The notes beneath the pieces are model-generated. The model was not told the origin of the DNA. It did not search any database and saw only the letters and a list, made by a program, of their open reading frames with translations. A program made the translations under genes and the position numbers. Of a DNA stretch of 64,000 nucleotides, positions 24,801 to 36,415 are shown one piece after another (the stretch's first letter is position 1; the number at the start of each line of letters is the position of its first letter). Source of the DNA: Octopus bimaculoides (taxonomy: Eukaryota). The stretch lies in contig NC_068989.1 in assembly GCF_001194135.2 (NCBI RefSeq), positions 80,976,375 to 81,040,374 on the forward strand, written 5' to 3'.

Positions 24801-25199
24801 TATTACATTTAACGAGGGGGGGGAAAAAATGTAGGTAACTGTTGGAATAAAATTTAGCCCTACCTCAATTGGGACACTGTTGTTGTCTTTTTTTTTTGTT
24901 TGATATTTTAAAATTTTTTGTTTTACATATACAAAAATATGTTAAGGTTTTTGGTTACAGGAAAGAATTCAAAAGTTTTTCCTAATAACTACTGAAAAAA
25001 ATTCAAATGAGTTAAGGCAGCAGCTGTAGCAGTTGAGTCTGCTAGATACATCGCTCTTCCCGGTAATCTAGGAGAGGTGAACTCCAGACAAAGACAGCAA
25101 AAGTAATGAATGTAGCATGCCTCCTCCTCCACGCACTGGTCAACAGGTGAGAAGGAACACAAATGGTCCGATGCACAGCACTGCTTGGCATCCACATCA

Positions 25200-25267
25200 T
25201 CATTGCATGCCCTCGGGCTTTTTACCTCCGTGGAATTCCTCTATGCACAAGTGGCAACTCCAACTAC
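25200..25267 (-). CDS. DPF: DPF/d4 terminal coding exon (GSWSCHLCIEEFHGGKKPEGMQ*)
   Basis: Acceptor tttcgttacag|GT AGT TGG, phase 1. It completes PHD2 (PEGSWSCHLC). Stop TGA at 25202-25200 is followed by a second in-frame TGA. Confidence 0.96.
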
Positions 25268-25364
25268 CTGTAACGAAAGATAAATGTAGAAACATCAGAA
25301 TAAAAAACTTATTTGATAAAATACAATATGCATGATAGTTTTCAATGAAAACAAAGAGAGAAAA

Positions 25365-25595
25365 ACCATCTGTGTTGGTGCCATGTAAAAGCACCCATGC
25401 CAGTGCCACGTATGTAGCATCTGTACTGGTACCACATTAAAAGCACCCAGTATACTAAGTAAAGTGATAGGCATTAGGAAGGGCATTCAGCCCTAGAAAC
25501 CAAGCCAAATCAGGCTGGAACATGGTACAGCTCTCCAGCTTGTTAGCTCTGGTTAAACCTTCCAACCCGTGCTAAATGATGATGATGATGATGAT
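25365..25595 (+). mobile_element. Family B repeat in the last DPF intron
   Basis: catgtaaaagcaccc...aggaagggcattcagcc...ctaaatgatgatgatgatgatgat. Confidence 0.82.
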
Positions 25596-25988
25596 ATAAA
25601 TACACACACACAATTCTAAGAATCTTATTACACATTATCTAAAATAAGCACTACTTAAAATTCAATAATGGAATGGTAATTTTTGTTTTTTAAGTTATGT
25701 ATGTGTGTATCTATATGTGTGTGTATGTGTGTATCTGCCTACATAAATACATGTGAGATGCTTAAAACCTCATTATATGAATCTGAAAGTGAGTTCTTTT
25801 CTCTCGTCTACTCCACTTAACATTATAAAATGCATCTTAGTTAACATGAATAAATGTTCTGTGTTAGTATCAAAGTCAGTGACTAACAGGAAGAATATTT
25901 TGGAAGGGCAAATTTTTTTCTGAGGAAGTAAGTGCAAATAGGCAATGTGTTTCAGTACATAATACATATATGTATATAGTTATATTAC

Positions 25989-26070
25989 CCTCAGGCGGTT
26001 CCGATAACTGAGGAGTCAAGCAATACATATGATAGCCTCGGTCACAGTCATCACAGAACAGAAGCTGTTC
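25989..26070 (-). CDS. DPF: DPF/d4 exon: PHD2 core ([28 protein letters not shown])
   Basis: Absent from the ORF track and read by hand. Acceptor ctccttttag|GAA CAG, donor GAG G|gtaata; 82 nt, phase 0 to phase 1. Contains the [16 protein letters not shown] motif. Confidence 0.97.
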
Positions 26071-26125
26071 CTAAAAGGAGAAAGAAAAGAAAGGAAAATT
26101 AATTTTATATACATATATATTTATC

Positions 26126-26178
<53 letters not shown>

Positions 26179-26194
26179 TACACTAACACACACA

Positions 26195-26948
26195 CAAGGT
26201 GATATCAAAAGGTTCCAGGAGTAGTTATGCATAATAAAAAATAACTTCTTACACCAGTCCCAGTGTTCCTGCCACTTTTGGAATCCGGCCTGGAAGTTGT
26301 TTTTCCATAAGCGGGTCAAGGATCTTCTGTAATTCACTCTGGATCTCGACAACGGTGATAAAACAGTGACCTTTGAGTTTCATTTTCATCTTGGGGAAGA
26401 GATGGAAGCCCACAGGTACAGAAGTGATACCATGTTCTTGTGAAGAATCCAATTCTTTGTAGTCCACAGATCCAGTCGCTTTCACTGAATGTCCTTCATC
26501 AAACGCTTCAAAACATCGCAGTACAACCGTCTAGCCCTGGGGGACAAATTCTCGGTGCACAAAACCAAATTTCTGGAGGTGACACTCATGGCAGGTCTTC
26601 TAGGGACATTCTTCTACTTTTGAAGCACCCATGCCACTTGAAACATTGTGTACAATCCATTGCCTCATTTCCATAAACTTGCTGAAGCATGTTCAACGTC
26701 TCAGTAGCAGACTTCCCAAGTTTAATACAAAATTTCATGTTGTCTCTTTGTTCCTGTCCATGACAAAAATTGCAGACTGCAGCATACATGTGATCACAAA
26801 AACACATATCTGTGAAATAAACTCAGTGACACCACTCGGCACACTGCCTCATGAAGGTCACTGCTAGCTCTCAGTGCACACACAACTGTGTGCTGCCATC
26901 TGTTGGCATGCTACAGGACTAGTTTGGAGACTTTTTGAAACCACCTTA
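26195..26948 (-). mobile_element. Internally deleted mariner element
   Basis: Imperfect TIRs CAAGGTGATATCAAAAGGTTCCAGG / revcomp TAAGGTGGTTTCAAAAAGTCTCC. Holds a mariner N-terminal HTH remnant (EQRDNMKFCIKLGKSATETLNMLQQVYG) and a C-terminal remnant (FPKMKMKLKGHCF...VEIQSE); the central DDD domain is mostly missing. Confidence 0.88.
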
Positions 26949-28348
26949 TGTGTGTATATATATATCTATATATATATGAAATAGTAAAAGTCTCCACATG
27001 AAACAATGCAAAACAAAAATTTGGGAAAATAATGGAATGAAATTTACAAAGCCAAAGAACATATAATTCATTTAAATGACTACTAATAAGAAAATAATTA
27101 AAATATTTATAATAGAGCTATTTACAGATTACAGGCTTATCAAAAGATTTTACACATAAATGATGGCATGATTTGGCTATATGGTTCATGTTATAATATT
27201 GCTCAATGTGAATAAGAGCACTTCAAATTTCCTTCATAACAAGCAATTCTTTTTGTTTATTATTTACATTTGACGGATATTTGTCCTCATCTTTTTGTTG
27301 TTTAATAAATCTAATAATGAAATAAACTGAAACAGCACAGCTATTAAATTTGGGGACTAGAAAAATATGGGCTTCACTGTATCTCCGTATGTCATTAGAA
27401 ACCAACTTCAACACAATGTGAAAATGACTAACTTTGTCATTAGCCTGAGCTTTTGCCCACTACAGAAAAAAATTCATTTTCAAGGAAAGAATTATTTTTG
27501 AGTTAACATACATCATCAATTTAATGTCCACTTTTCTTTGCTTGTATGGGTCAGAAAGAATTTGTTGAGGTAAATTTTCTATGGCCAAATGCTCTTTTTG
27601 TTGATAACCCACATTGATTTCCAAGCAAGGCAATATTTTCCGGTAACTAGACACGTTTTTCGTGGAAGACAGGAAATGAACAACCTCACTTGTATGACAA
27701 TAATGCTCATTTACAACCATCATGTGATGTCTAGACAAGGGTAAACACAAAAACACACACAACAGACCTCTATCAGTCTCTGTCTATTGACTCCACATGC
27801 AAAGCTTTGGTCAATCATAGACTATAGTAGAAGACACATGCCCAAGGTGCTGCACTGTGGAACAGAACCCTGAGACCACATGGCTAGGAAACAAGCTTTT
27901 CAACCATATAGCCACATATGCACCTATTTTGACATAAGTTTTCTATAAAGAATTTTCAAAAACATATTACTTGGTAATACTTTGATTAAACCAGAAGCTA
28001 GAGCAGCCTTATCAACAAAACCAACTTAACAGAAAACAGCAATACCACCCTTGTTCTTTACTTCTCATTAAAATCAATTCAACTAAAATCTGTAATACTG
28101 CTGGTATACAATAGCAGAAGCCAATATTTATTCAGAATTTACAAATATGTTCAGATTCTTTTCCTACTTCAGCACATGCTATAAACCAGCAGTTTAATTT
28201 CACATCCATTGTGGCTTATTTTCATGACAAAGTAATTTTATTCAATATCAACTTGTTTATATGTCTTTATCCTATAAATCACTGCAAGTTAGAAAAGATC
28301 TTAAAGTTTGCAGAGAACTGTACATATTTTCAGGAAATGGGAACAGAT

Positions 28349-28668
28349 ATCATCATCATCATCATCATCATCGTTTAACGTCCGCTTTCCATGCTAGCAT
28401 GGGTTGGACGATTTGACTGAGGACTGGTGCAACCGGATGGCTACACCAGGCTCCAATCTAATTTGGCAGAGTTTCTACAGCTGGATGCCCTTCCTAACGC
28501 CAACCACTCAGAGAGTGTAGTGGGTGCTTTTACGTGTCACCCGCATGAAAACGGCCACGCTCGAAATGGTGTCTTTTATGTGCCACCCGCACAAGAGCCA
28601 GTCCAGGGGCACTGGCAACGATCTCGCTCGAAAACCCTACAAGGCCAGTCAGGCGGTACTGGCAACGG
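28349..28668 (-). mobile_element. Family B repeat, antisense, little diverged, in the DPF intron 30861-26071
   Basis: atcatcatc...cgtttaacgtccgctttccatgctagcatgggttggacg...; nearly identical over long stretches to 9860-10070. Confidence 0.9.
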
Positions 28669-30861
28669 TATATATATAATATATAATATATATCAGAAAA
28701 TATTTTAAAATTTCTACTCTGCAAGACAACTTTGGAAATTTCTAACGGAGAAAATATTTTAACAACAAAAACTGAGAAAATCTTAATCTGAATATAGTAA
28801 ATGAAATTTTGAAGCTAACAAAGCTCTAAATATGAAGTTTGATGTAGTGTAGCTAATAGTAACAACCAGTATCCAGCATGTTAGTGATTGGTGAAATTGT
28901 GATAGGTGTAAATAGTGAAAGGCTAAATTGATAACTAAAGAATTGGTAAACACTAATGAAAATAGTAACTAAATCTAGATATAAACAGTCTCTGAAAGAA
29001 GATTATGCATGTATTAATAATAAGTGCGGATGTTAAGATTAGATTTAGATTAAAGTAAAGCGAATTTGGTGGGTCACAAAAGCTTGCCAGTAATTAGCTG
29101 GAGTTGTGGGTCAGTGCTAGATGTGTTAAAATGTGCTACCCATGGTCACAGTTGTTCTCAGTTTTACAATACCTACAGCAAATATCCTGCAGTTTTCTTG
29201 ATCCATGCTGTTGCAAACCTGATTACATCAAAAACAGATTGGTCTGCAAGAATACAAGGTCACACTTTATCAGGTGTTGTATCTGACATGAAAGCTAAGT
29301 TCAAAACAAAATAAACAATGCCAGCTCTTGCCATTAACCACCTAAATCTAGTTTTTAGTGGACACTAGCATACGTGATGTGGAAAACCCAGTAATCCTAA
29401 TTAATTGGAATTATGTCCTTACAGGTGAGAACTATGATTTTCTAAATGACTATTTCTTGAGGGGAGGGGGAACACATGAGTTTTTAATTAATTTAAATTA
29501 AATATAGAATGCAGTATTGAGTTTATTCTTCATCAGTATGGTGACAACTCTGAAGATATGTCTTGTTGAACCCCACTTAGTGAAGCATTGTCTGTTACTG
29601 CAGGTCTTTGATGATGAGAGAAGTAAATAGGGTTTTGCTGAATGAACACAGAGTGGCTTTATAAAATAAAAGACTAGGAGAATATAACTGGAGATACTTG
29701 TTGTGCTTGTGTGTGTGTGTGTGTATTACACTTCACATGTGCTCTTGACAGTTCTATAATTTGTGTATATTGCAAAGCACCAATCTAGAACTGCAGGGAT
29801 GCCTACTAAATATAGATTATCGTTATTAACTAATTTAAAAATAATTAACAGTGACCATGGTAGAGACAAGTAATAAATGGGAAAGTTAACTGCAAGACAA
29901 AAATAACAGTTTTACTGACAAAATGTTCTCCAAGCTGGTATCTATAACATCCACACACGACAAATCAGCTATTTATTTCACCTGAATATATATATATATA
30001 TATGCAATATTATTTGATAATCTAATGTCCATATGAATTTTACAGGTCATTAATCCTCATATCCAATGTTATATTTAAGTTACATCTCATTAAAAATATA
30101 TCATTCCACAGATAACTCCCATTGCCTTATCCAATACATGATTGTTAATACTTTGACATAAATTTGGATAAACAAAAATGTTTGAGAATCATGTTTTTTT
30201 TTTTTTAGATGTTAGCAGCTAATATTTTTAGTAATTTGGTGTAAATCAAAGTTTAAAAGTAAAAAGAAACTGCATCATTTCAATGTAACAGGAGTCCTTG
30301 AAGTACAAAAATGGAAGTCTATTCAATCAAGGATGACTTGGGGACTAAACAACAGGTGTCCTACCACATATGAGGAAGCAACTCTCACAATAAATACATA
30401 TCATTTCCTGGTCAATTCCCATAACATTTCTTATAGTAATAACAGTGTTGATATATTTGTTCAAATCTGACAGAATAAGACAAAACAAAAATGAATTCTT
30501 AAAACAGTTTAACCAGGAAAACAATACATGCTATGAAAAATTAATGTCACGAAATGAGAGTTACTTTGAATCCTTTGATTTCAGTCACAAGAAATTTCCA
30601 CTGGTAATTAAAAACAGTTCTGTTAATTTAAGTTTATTTAAATCTGGTTAATGGGGGGAAAAATCTAAGCAACAATCCTCTAAGGACATGAAATGTGAAT
30701 TTTCTTAAATGCAAATTTCTCAAACCTTTTTTTTTAACATATAACAAATAAAAACAGTGGCAATAGAAGCTATAGTAGCAACAGCACTAAGAAGATGCAA
30801 ATAGATTTTCAAAGAAATATAGATATATATAAATAAAAAAGAAAAGCAAACATATGCTTAC

Positions 30862-30974
30862 ATCATTATCGGATGTCCCACAGAGACCACAAGACTTGCA
30901 TTCAATACATTGCCAAGGATATTTCTTCACGGATATTATCATGTTTGGAGTAAACTGCAGGCAGGATGGATGCC
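30862..30974 (-). CDS. DPF: DPF/d4 exon: end of PHD1 and start of PHD2 ([38 protein letters not shown])
   Basis: Acceptor ttgctccag|GG CAT and donor GAT|gtaagc; 113 nt, phase 1 to phase 0. Contains the HPxCLQF...WQCIECKSC signature of the DPF double PHD. Confidence 0.97.
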
Positions 30975-32578
30975 CTGGAGCAAGACAAACAAAATGGATT
31001 GGAAGAAATTGTAAAGCCCAAGCAAGAAAATTAATGTAATTTTCATGAGCATTTGTAGCCAAGCAATTAAAATATAAACTTTCTTTTAATAATAATTATA
31101 AAAAGAAACCAAAAAAAAAAAAAATGATTTCTGAGTAATAAATAACCTAAAGATGAGTGTTAATGGCAAGTTGTTATACTTACAATTGCAAACAGTATCA
31201 GAGCTCTGAGAAAGAGAGTATGAAATATAATTGTAACATTTGGATGGGGGGCAAAATTGTAAATGTTGAAACTATAATGATACACCATGAATCATCTATA
31301 ACAGTAATAGAAGAGAAGATGCAGTCAAAATAGTTGTTTTGGTACAGAATTTAAAACCAAGCCTCCTTAAATGTACTAAATATGTAATTGAGATAAATAT
31401 TATAGGGTTTTACAATTTTGCTCAGTAACTGTTGGGCTGTGTATTTGTTTTTGTATTTATGGAGGAAGACAGAAGTATATAAAATTGGTTATTAGCTTAC
31501 ATAAGAATTTTTTATATTTTTTCCTATGCATGAACAAAACCAGTAAAATGCAGCTCCTGTCCTAGTCTGTCAAAGCTAGATTTCAAATATTTAGTAAATT
31601 AAATCACCCAGTAAATAAGCTTAATAATATAAAATATTTTCTTTTTCTTTTTTCATATCACATGGATATATATTTCCTTGGTTCACAGATTTGTCTCAGA
31701 TAATCTACAAACACTTGCAAAAGAAATTCTAAGCTTAAAAAAAAAATAATCATACTCCCAGTTTACCTCAATCAATTTAAAAGCATAATATGGTTTTAAA
31801 CAATATTCATTAATGTATTTCAAGATTACATTAATGTAATAGTATGATCTAAACTATAGCTTATATAATCACATCATTATATGTTGAAACAACATAAGAA
31901 AATAACAAACAGGTTTAATTACCATCATTTTCACGCCTGTTCTTCCAAACTGGCATGGGTTGGGACTGGACGTTTTGGCACAGTTTTAACAACCAAACGC
32001 TCTTCCTGGTACCAGCCCTTTTAGTTGCGTTTTACGACACTCAAGTATAAACTGTACTTATCCCTGCATGTCATAAGAGGTGACTAAAAGGAGCTGGTGT
32101 TAAGAAGGCAGACTTTCAGTATTTCCAAATATCTTTTGCCAAATAATCAACAAACAGAACTAAGATTTTTGTTGCAAATACACAAAACTCTGATACTAAA
32201 ATCAAACTGTTAAAAACTGCAAAGTTTCTTGTCAAATCACTTAACTGCTGCAAGGAGTCTAACAACAAGTTTCCTCAACACACACACACATATATTATAC
32301 TCTTACACAAAGAGTGATGACAATGACTTCAAAGTTTTGGCTTGCTACCTCTCATCTGACAGTTTGTAGAAGGATAACAGGCCAAAACTTCAAAGTCACT
32401 GTAATTTCTCCTCCTGTAAAAGTATAAGTATTTTATAAAAAGTATTGCGTAATCCTTCAGTTCATTGTAAAATTGTTTTTATTGTAGTTCAAGGGAAAAA
32501 CAAACACATATAAATGGTACCCAAAATAAAGATTAAGAGACTGGAGGTAAGAAAAGTTAAATGAATGAAAGCCTTTAC

Positions 32579-32704
32579 CTGATCGTCCACAATCACTGCA
32601 GGATACTAGGCCTTCTGGCTGACGCGTCTTCTTGTTCTCTTGTGAGTCTCCGAGGCAGAAATCACAGTAATTATTTGGAGCCACTTTGCCATCAATAGAT
32701 TTTG
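32579..32704 (-). CDS. DPF: DPF/d4-family (BAF45-like) exon: start of PHD finger 1 ([43 protein letters not shown])
   Basis: Acceptor ctttcag|CA at 32704 and donor TCAG|gtaaag at 32579; 126 nt, phase 1 to phase 1. The peptide matches the DPF1/2/3 PHD1 signature [10 protein letters not shown]...PEELVSCxDCGRSG. Confidence 0.97.
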
Positions 32705-33107
32705 CTGAAAGATTAACAAAAACAAAAATAAAAAAACTAAATGCTTGAAGACAGTGGGATGTAACTGAAGAAAGCACAACACTACACAACATGGCAAACT
32801 AGAATCCCATCTATGTTAACCCTGCCACCATTACACCCAGGCTGCAAGCAAGAAAGCAGTTACAGAACAGATAAGTTTAGAATTATTGTGCTATCAATTT
32901 CCTTGCTTAAAAAATTCATCCAGAAATTATCAATTATAACTGCTTTTAATGATAAATTCAAATATGTATCTGCATATTGTTTATATAAAGGTAAGATATT
33001 GTTCACCAGCACTTATCCAAACTAACAAAAAATTTGAAATAGCTTCGCACCTTTTCAAAACAGCCTCATTAATGAACATTTTGGGCCCCCATTGGGAAAG
33101 TAGATTT

Positions 33108-33301
33108 TCAGTTTTTCTTGGGCCGCCCTCTCTTTTGGTGGTGATTTTCAATGCTTTTATGCTTCTGCAGTTGATACTGAGAGGCAAAGCATCGGCCACA
33201 CTCTTCGCCTGAGCCCACGAGGAATTTGCAAATAAACAGAGAGGGTGAGTCTGCGTGTCTCGTGTGAAGGCTGCCACCATGCATCCACACCGTGTGTCTT
33301 C
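33108..33301 (-). CDS. Candidate alternative last exon of DPF encoding a C2H2-type zinc finger and AT-hook (GRHTVWMHGGSLHTRHADSPSLFICKFLVGSGEECGRCFASQYQLQKHKSIENHHQKRGRPKKN*)
   Basis: Acceptor gtcttcttgccgtttcatatttccctcttctactgacag|GA, phase 1. Pattern F-x-C-x9-C-x3-F-x5-L-x2-H-x5-H followed by KRGRPKK. GC-richer island in AT-rich flanks. No good donor seen before the TGA. Confidence 0.65.
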
Positions 33302-36039
33302 CTGTCAGTAGAAGAGGGAAATATGAAACGGCAAGAAGACGTTCAGATTCTAGGTTGGTGGCCCCGGCTCAGTTTACATACAACAAGATTTGTAGACTTA
33401 TGAATTAGAGAGGAAACAAAAAATAACAAAACAAAACAAAAATAAAATAAACATCTTTTTTTTTATATTTATTTTAATAGTTTAAAATAAAATTAAGAAA
33501 AATGTGTGGATTGTTTTATTTTAAATATTGAAACTGAAGAAAAAGTTATAAAGAAAGACAAAGAAAAATTACAAAAATTTGTATACTTTAATAATAGATC
33601 GATAGAAATATGATATTTCCAATTACTATAATTGCCAATTTTTTTCTGTTATTAAAATATTTCTTTTGGAATCACTTTTATCTTTCTCTCTCTCTCTTTC
33701 TCTCTTTTCAAAAGCATTATATTTCGTTCATATAAGAACAGTGCTATAGTATATTATTGTTTTCAGTAGTATTAAAAGCAGAAATATGCATTATTAAATA
33801 TTTTTGTTTATCAGGATGACTTTTTTAAAATTTTATTTAAAATGACCAAAACTTTATTTTTAAAATAGTCTTTAAAATTGATTTAATTTATATTAATATT
33901 TTTCTTCAATTTTTTAATTTTTTATTTATGAATCTTCTGTCTTAAATTAATATTATGAAAGCAGGTTGTAAAAAAATGTAAGAAAAAATATTGAATTATA
34001 AAAGAAAACAAAGAAAACAAAGGGGAGGCAGGTATCTAAGAAAGAATATTACCAAAGACATTCAATACTAGACAGGGGGGAATAGTTGGAATAAGAATTT
34101 GGAATGAAAGAAGCTGGTAAGCAGGTTCTGACTACTCTACTTGCAGCCTGGTGAAGTATCTATGGTTTACTTTTAGCCTAGGGTTTCTGATGGTACACTT
34201 AGGTAAACATATTGTAATCAATACATCACAATAGCCACTCACCAAATAAAAGATGAGGTGACAGCACAAGAGAAATGTGTGAGACTTACAAGGAAGATTT
34301 TAATGATACAAGAGATTTTACTAACTAAATCATTAACCATAAACTTGACATGCACAGATATTTTATATGCTTAGATAAATATAATAGTATCCCAGCTTGT
34401 TACTTACAATAGCCAGACTATACTGCTAGCTTTTACTATTGCACTAATATGAGACATTATAAGTTAACAGCCAGTAAATATTAAAGAGACTGGTGAAGTG
34501 ACATATACCAGTTTTTAAGGTAAAATCAAAATGACGTGTGCACACATACACGTTGATGTATGTGTAATAAAAGAGTAAAAGACAACTGAAGGGTGAGGAA
34601 GATGGATTAGTACAAGATATTATATGCAGAAAGAGAGGAGGAGATAGTTTAAATTTGATGAACACTGCAGTTAGTTAGGCATTGTTACACAAATACATGC
34701 ACAAGAATATGAATTTAATCACCCAACAAACAACGGATTTTAGATATAAAATCTTTAAAAGATATGTTATACAAAACTTTCTCAAGGTTTAAAAGATGGC
34801 AACCATATATATATATAATATATATATGTCATACAGCAAAATAAAAAAAAATATATTAAGAAGAAAAAAAACATTGTAAAAGCACTGAATGCATATAAGC
34901 AAAATTGATATTTCAACTTAATAAAGCTTTAGCTTTACAAAGAAGAAAATCTCAAAAGAAATATCGAAGATGAAAGAGATATTCTGCAAGGATTACTTAC
35001 TGTCATGTCTGTATACATTCTAACACTTCAAAAGCAAAATGATGTCTATTCTTACAAGAAACTTCTATAAATATTAAATAGGTGTTTAAAAAAAAATGAA
35101 TAAACCCTTACAAAATATGTAAGTAGTTTTGATTTACATACTCTATTGATATAGGGAATTAAATTTGAAGTGAAATACTAAAAGGAAGAATTTTACTACC
35201 AACTGACAAATTTTAACTGAATACCTCAAATGCTGAATTTCTTTCAGTTATTACACACTTTGACTCTAAACATAAGTCAATTGGCTACTATTTCTCATCA
35301 GGAATCAGAGAATTGGCAGTCATTAGAGCACTGGGTATAGTGTCTTATGGTATTTGTACTGGCTCTATGTACTCCGAGTTCAAACTCTGCTGAGGTAAAC
35401 TTTGCCTTTCACTGTGGATAAAAACTGTATAAGTCCAGAGTAAGAGTAATGGATTAGTGCAATTGACAAGACATAATACTAAACAGGATGCTTTGCTTCT
35501 GTTTCTATGTGTTCTGCAAATAACACTTGTAATGACACTAGTATCAAAGCTGTTGTCAATCCTTGCATTGGTAGGATGTAGAGGGGAAACTTACAGGCAC
35601 ATCTACTATTTAAACATAAATATTGCATCTTAGAGAGGAACATTACAGATGTTCTGGACTATGATTTATATCTGAGTAAAAAATACTCATTTTGGAAAAT
35701 TAATCCTCTTGAAAATATTTAGTTTCTCAAAAGATGTTTACAACAGCAACAATCTGAGACAGAGACAAATCAAACAGCTAATAGATGAAAGAAACTCTCT
35801 AAAAATATTTATCAAATGGTGACAGTTCCAAAGGATTAGATTATAGAAAACATCTAGAGTACAGCGAATTTTTTTTTAGAAAATAAATATATTCTTAAAT
35901 ATTGCATTTAGTTATTTGAAAAATAAAGGAAATGTGTTGAAAAAATATACTAAAAGCATTACATGTACTAACTTTATTTTTACAGCTATTTAATGAGGAA
36001 TTAAATATTTAACCCTTTTGTTATCACATTTTTAGCTTT

Positions 36040-36415
36040 TGCAATTCTATATTTCTGAGATGAGGAATTTATATTATGTACACTATTTACATTAGTCGGA
36101 TTGATGTCCTCATTCTGATTGTTGCTTTCACTACATTTTGGCTGTTGTGCACTCCAACCTTCTTCAGATGTCATAAAAAAAAAAAAATCAACTGTAGGGA
36201 AAACAAATGTCATGAAACACAGAGAACAGAATGAAAACAATGTATCCTTGTGGATCAAATAAAGGGTTAGGGTTGAAATTCCAATACAACAGCTTGACAC
36301 AAGACACCTGAAAAAGGCTGGAGCGTGGACAACTGCCAGAATGGAATGAACGTATCAATCATGATGAAAACACCAGTCCGAGTAATATAAATAGTATACA
36401 TAATACATTACTTTT
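36040..36415. mobile_element. Inverted pair of Penelope-like terminal-repeat fragments, each with a decayed hammerhead-like core
   Basis: 36040-36172 (-) and 36303-36415 (+) are homologous. Cores CTGAAGA-AGGTTG-loop-CAGCC-AAAA (-) and CTGAAAA-AGGCTG-loop-CTGCC-AGAA (+), followed by similar ccga...aat(g/a)taaatagt(g/a)tacataat segments. Confidence 0.5.

Noticed and set aside
25182-25202. Reading through TGA TGA gives CGCQA, reminiscent (from memory) of the GCQA end of human DPF3b
   Set aside because: Only four residues match, at a different offset from the last PHD Cys. Two tandem stops make readthrough unlikely and I see no SECIS evidence, so it is treated as coincidence.
32981-33280. 99-aa minus-strand ORF (MVAAFTRDTQTHP...) overlapping the candidate alternative exon
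   Set aside because: It has no recognisable motif and would need a phase-0 splice, whereas the upstream DPF exon ends in phase 1. The other frame gives a well-formed zinc finger and AT-hook.
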